Part shown: in pieces, positions 60,824-64,000 of the stretch
Layout: the number at the start of each line of letters is the position of its first letter
How positions within the stretch are numbered: position 1 is the first letter of the stretch
Sequence record: MW272540.1
Direction: 5' to 3' (one strand)
Length of the DNA: 64,000 nucleotides
Notes under the pieces: model-generated
What the model saw: only the letters and a program-made list of their open reading frames with translations
The model's database searches: none
What the model was told of the DNA's origin: nothing
Made by a program: the position numbers and the translations under genes

Positions 60824-61951
60824 ATGGGTTCTTTTAATACAGTTTGTGGTGTAACAAAGCATATTGTTTCTTGTGGTGAACCGGTGGTTTTGCTACCTGT
60901 GGTTTCTAGGCATGGTGACATGATCCCCGCTTCTGCTGGTGTGTATATCTCAGATCGATATTGTCTTGCTTTTCATCTACCTCTATTCGCTGTATATGAC
61001 GATTATGGGTGTTTTGATATTGAACCGGGGGAGATCTATGACTCGTTTGTTGATGTAGTTAAAACTAATTACGTAAAGAATGAGCTTGATCCTAATGTAG
61101 ATAGTCAATATCAAGATTATGTAAATGTTGATGTGGAAGACCTTTTTTCCAATAAGATGTGTTTTCAAGATTTGATGCATGACGAAAAACTGTTTGTCAA
61201 ATCGCCGAAATATAACAAATCTAAAAAGTCTAGACTAATGTTCATGGTCATCAAACGTTCTGTTTGGGATGAGATGGTCTTTGCTGGGTACGAATATCAG
61301 GCTAAAGCGTGGAATAGCGATTATTACACTAAGAGTATCAAACTAACCAATAAAGCTTTTGATAAAATATCGGATATGGAAGCCCTATCAAAAGAAGAAT
61401 TGGAATCAAAAGCGAAGACTCAGTTTGAGAAGATGAAAAACCTACTTGAAGAAGATTTTTCGGACCTTGGTATTGGATTGGAATATTTTATTGGTAAAAC
61501 TGGTTGTTTGGGTGTATACTCTGATGTTGTTAATACGTCGTATGATTGTCCATTTGATACATCAAATCAAACCGAAAATTCTGTTCGGGTTGTTGCAAAA
61601 AACAGAGATTTGTTTTATGACCTAAAAGCTGTAATTTCAACAATGCAAATGTTGAACATCGAATTTTACCCACAAATGTACGGTCGTCAAAGTTACAACC
61701 ATGCAGATCATGCAAAGCTTATGTGTAAATTGCAGCTTGCTGGTCATAACAATGACCTCAATACTATTGGCTATATGGATTGTAATTTCCGTATTCGTGT
61801 GAAGAAAGATAAACTAGATCAGTTGTGTTCTGACAAAAATTGGAATTCAAAAGAACCGGATTTAAAGCTTGACAACGGAAAGTACGTTGTAGTAGAATCT
61901 AAGTACGGTGAATTGAACGATTACCGAGATGTAGAAATCGTAAGTATTTGA
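60824..61951 (+). CDS. Hypothetical protein, 375 aa
   Basis: MGSFNTVCG...LPLFAVYDDYG; GAG SD. Confidence 0.7.
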   Translation: MGSFNTVCGVTKHIVSCGEPVVLLPVVSRHGDMIPASAGVYISDRYCLAFHLPLFAVYDDYGCFDIEPGEIYDSFVDVVKTNYVKNELDPNVDSQYQDYVNVDVEDLFSNKMCFQDLMHDEKLFVKSPKYNKSKKSRLMFMVIKRSVWDEMVFAGYEYQAKAWNSDYYTKSIKLTNKAFDKISDMEALSKEELESKAKTQFEKMKNLLEEDFSDLGIGLEYFIGKTGCLGVYSDVVNTSYDCPFDTSNQTENSVRVVAKNRDLFYDLKAVISTMQMLNIEFYPQMYGRQSYNHADHAKLMCKLQLAGHNNDLNTIGYMDCNFRIRVKKDKLDQLCSDKNWNSKEPDLKLDNGKYVVVESKYGELNDYRDVEIVSI

Positions 61952-61999
61952 GTTAAATCATGCATTTGGGGTGAAAATAGTAGCCCTAAATAATATTAT

Positions 62000-62092
62000 G
62001 GTAGGTTGGCAGAGATGGATTATTGCAACGGTCTTGAAAACCGTCGGCGGGAGAAATCTCGTCCGTGGGTTCGAATCCCACACCTACCTCCA
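62000..62092 (+). tRNA. tRNA-Ser(UGA)
   Basis: ACGGT-CTTGAAA-ACCGT; long variable arm; CCA; CTAAATA at 61986. Confidence 0.92.
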
Positions 62093-62096
62093 AAAT

Positions 62097-62189
62097 GCGC
62101 GAGTGGCGAAGTTGGTTGAAACGCATCGGACTTAAAATCCGATACTGCATAATGGCACACCGTGGGTTCGATTCCCACCTCGCGTACCA
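62097..62189 (+). tRNA. tRNA-Leu(UAA)
   Basis: TCGGA-CTTAAAA-TCCGA; CCA. Confidence 0.92.
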
Positions 62190-62198
62190 TAATTAAAT

Positions 62199-62298
62199 GG
62201 TTCTGCCCTTACTAATTTAGAGCGAGATAAGCCCTCGCAGATGGTGATGGTAATCCGCAAGAAGACCATAAACAAAGGCTAATTGGTGAGAACCACCA
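62199..62298 (+). ncRNA. Putative CCA-terminated stable RNA (not a cloverleaf)
   Basis: 5' GGTTCT pairs with 3' AGAACC-A-CCA; internal GCGAG/CTCGC and ATGGT/ACCAT hairpins; no T-loop. Confidence 0.5.
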
Positions 62299-62349
62299 GT
62301 GGGGGTCGCGACAGAATCATTTAATTATGGATTATTTTGGAATTTTATT

Positions 62350-62691
62350 ATGAATAAATTACAACGGGAAATTTATCAAAAAGATGTTTCGTTTCTTGTA
62401 AGAAAAGGTTTGACAATTCAACAAGCATCTCTTGTTGTAAAACAAACAAAACCTGAATATGATATGCAAGAAAATATCTATCGGTATTTTAACAAAGACA
62501 ACAAGGAAACTTATGTGATCCAACGTTTGGGTAAATGTTGTGGTCCATGGCTGAGTGTAAGTTGTCGAAAACTCAACAAAAAAGGTTTTATTAAGTTTGA
62601 TTTTTCTGATATAATCTATGTTGAGTATATGGGTATGAAAGTTGAGGCTCATAGAGTCATTTTTGAGAGTGTACCAAATGTTATCGTTTAA
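62350..62691 (+). CDS. Hypothetical protein
   Basis: GGAA SD before ATG 62350. Confidence 0.55.
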   Translation: MNKLQREIYQKDVSFLVRKGLTIQQASLVVKQTKPEYDMQENIYRYFNKDNKETYVIQRLGKCCGPWLSVSCRKLNKKGFIKFDFSDIIYVEYMGMKVEAHRVIFESVPNVIV

Positions 62692-62842
62692 AGAATATAT
62701 TTCTTTGGAAGAAAAGATTGAACATAGAAATGGAAAATGGTATGTTATGGATTCTACTGGTTCTAAGGAATTGGGTGAACATGACTCCAAAGAAAAAGCC
62801 GTTGCTCAACTTCAAGCCATAGAAATAAACAAACATAAATAA
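62678..62842 (+). CDS. Small protein (MLSFKEYI.LEE, possible head-internal protein)
   Basis: 54 aa; an LEE site fits the gp21 I/L-X-E cleavage consensus. Confidence 0.55.
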   Translation: MLSFKEYISLEEKIEHRNGKWYVMDSTGSKELGEHDSKEKAVAQLQAIEINKHK

Positions 62843-62871
62843 TTCACTCCCCTAAATATTTGTGTTATAAT
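62843..62871 (+). promoter_or_regulatory. Nested early and late promoter for the tRNA cluster
   Basis: TTCACT-N17-TATAAT with CTAAATA (62852-62858) inside the spacer. Confidence 0.7.
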
Positions 62872-62895
62872 AGAAAATATAAAATCCTCTTTGGC

Positions 62896-62972
62896 GGTTC
62901 GTTAGCTCAGTTGGTTAGAGCGCCCGCCTGTTAAGTGGAAGGTCGTGGGTTCAAGTCCCACACGAACCGCCA
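62896..62972 (+). tRNA. tRNA-Asn(GUU)
   Basis: GGTTCGT/ACGAACC; CTGTTAA loop; CCA. Confidence 0.92.
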
Positions 62973-62986
62973 AAGAGGATTTTAAT

Positions 62987-63127
62987 CGCTTGTTGAACGT
63001 GGGAAAATAGCAAAATCAGGGAAAGTTGTGCACGACGGAACCTTAAAGTAGCTTTCTAAGTACCTGTTGTCTGGCAGTTCACACATACGTATATTTGTGA
63101 TGGGTTCGAGACCCTAACAAGCGTCCT
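62987..63127 (+). ncRNA. About 140-nt tRNA-like RNA (acceptor stem and T-arm, large non-canonical centre)
   Basis: CGCTTGTT/AACAAGCG; GGG-TTCGAGA-CCC; ends T-CCT; no anticodon arm. Confidence 0.6.
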
Positions 63128-63133
63128 AATTAT

Positions 63134-63215
63134 GGAGACTTTGGTGTATGGCGCACGGTACGTTATAAACACCGCGTACAAGAAACTCCCGTTCGAATCG
63201 GTAGGGTCTCCCCTA
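63134..63215 (+). pseudogene. Degenerate tRNA-like element with distorted anticodon arm
   Basis: GGAGAC/GTCTCC; GTG/CAC D-stem; CCG-TTCGAAT-CGG; CGGT/ACCG encloses an 11-nt loop. Confidence 0.5.
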
Positions 63216-63231
63216 AATTTTATAATCTTAA

Positions 63232-63567
63232 TTAAAAGAGGTTGTCTATGTCGTCGCTAAACGCAAGCCACTTGGGCGGAAAGGAAAAAATTCGGTTTAT
63301 GTAAGTGGATACACCACTGATAATAAACCAGTAGTGTGTAACGTGTTTTATCAATCCGAAACAAACGGAATACCGCTTGATATTCTTATTGAGACTCTGT
63401 ATAATTCGGGATATATCATTGATTGGATCACATTCATTAATGATGCTCTAAAAGTTGGGTGGAAGAAAGAAACCATCTTCAAGAAGATAAAATACGCTTT
63501 CGATGATATCGATATAGAAAACAAAGAAAAGACTCTAGATAAAATATCTACCTATCTAGACCTATGA
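63232..63567 (+). CDS. Hypothetical protein with ambiguous start (possible 1-nt frameshift after ATG 63248)
   Basis: Frame is open from 63232 (VVAKRKPLGRK..SGYTTDNKPVVCNVF..ETNGIPL); the SD-preceded ATG 63248 is out of frame. Confidence 0.5.
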   Translation, partial: LKEVVYVVAKRKPLGRKGKNSVYVSGYTTDNKPVVCNVFYQSETNGIPLDILIETLYNSGYIIDWITFINDALKVGWKKETIFKKIKYAFDDIDIENKEKTLDKISTYLDL

Positions 63568-63579
63568 GTTGTCATAGGT

Positions 63580-63652
63580 GTGACCATAGTAGTAATCGAT
63601 AGCTATCCGGATTGTGACTCCGGGGGTACGGGTTTGAGTCCCGTTGGTCACC
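63580..63652 (+). tRNA. tRNA-His(GUG), CCA not encoded (CCT)
   Basis: GTGACCA/TGGTCAC-C; CCGGA-TTGTGAC-TCCGG. Confidence 0.85.
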
Positions 63653-63674
63653 CCTATGACAATTTAAAACACTT

Positions 63675-63760
63675 GGGTGTGTAATCGGTAACTGGTAGCC
63701 GTGCGGTCTGTAAAACCGTTCCCTCTGGGACTGATGGTTCGAGTCCATCCATACCCACCA
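63675..63760 (+). tRNA. tRNA-Tyr(GUA)
   Basis: GCGGT-CTGTAAA-ACCGT; variable arm; CCA. Confidence 0.92.
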
Positions 63761-63761
63761 C

Positions 63762-63837
63762 GCTGAATTAGCTCATCTGGTAGAGCGACGGTTTTGTAAT
63801 CCGTAGGTGGTCCGTTCGAGTCGGACATTCAGCACCA
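63762..63837 (+). tRNA. tRNA-Thr(UGU)
   Basis: GCTGAAT/ATTCAGC; TTTGTAA loop; CCA. Confidence 0.92.
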
Positions 63838-63847
63838 AATTTATTTT

Positions 63848-63926
63848 GGGCCTATAGCACAATTGGTTAGTTGCAATCAGCTCATAACTGATAGGTTCCC
63901 GGTTCGAGTCTCGGGTAGGCCCACCA
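63848..63926 (+). tRNA. tRNA with CAU anticodon (elongator Met or lysidine Ile2)
   Basis: GGGCCTA/TAGGCCC; ATCAG-CTCATAA-CTGAT; CCA. Confidence 0.88.
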
Positions 63927-64000
63927 GATTAAAAAGCTGTTATGAGTCCCACAGCTTTCAAAATTATCAAATGGGATGTTGATGCGCGTATGTAGCCGGG

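Noticed and set aside
62987-63127. tmRNA, tRNA-Sec or intron-containing tRNA interpretation
   Set aside because: No G3:U70 or tag ORF, no UCA anticodon arm, and the insert is too short for a self-splicing intron; kept as an unknown tRNA-like RNA.
63930-64000. Hairpin and G-rich start of a possible further RNA gene
   Set aside because: Truncated by the window edge, so it cannot be classified.

Overview
64 kb slice of a T4-like myovirus genome (Straboviridae-type). It runs from the DNA ligase 3' end, dda and uvsY/uvsW through an accessory block (homing endonuclease, HAD nucleotidase, RNA ligase 2, inh, a SLOG and RyR-domain gene pair). Next comes the minus-strand virion module (gp24-23-22-21-68-67-20-19-18-17-16-15-14-13, extended Wac, gp12-11-10-9-8-7-6-25-5.4-5.1-5-27-53-48), then a plus-strand block (gp4-2-54-26/51-29-3-1-57A), a J-domain protein and the start of a tRNA cluster. 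Gene calls rest on motifs recognised by eye against remembered T4 proteins; no database search was run. Most notable: an adjacent SLOG and RyR-domain pair (candidate anti-Thoeris/nucleotide-signal module); a -1 slippery site joining a gp26-like chaperone to a start-less gp51-like ORF just upstream of the tape measure gene; a two-part non-coding element present twice with one part inverted; an LprI-type lysozyme-inhibitor cassette inside the baseplate operon; several tRNA-like RNAs that are not tRNAs; a fibritin with 4-5 foldon-like repeats; extra domains in baseplate proteins; and a CTAAATA late-promoter motif in place of TATAAATA.
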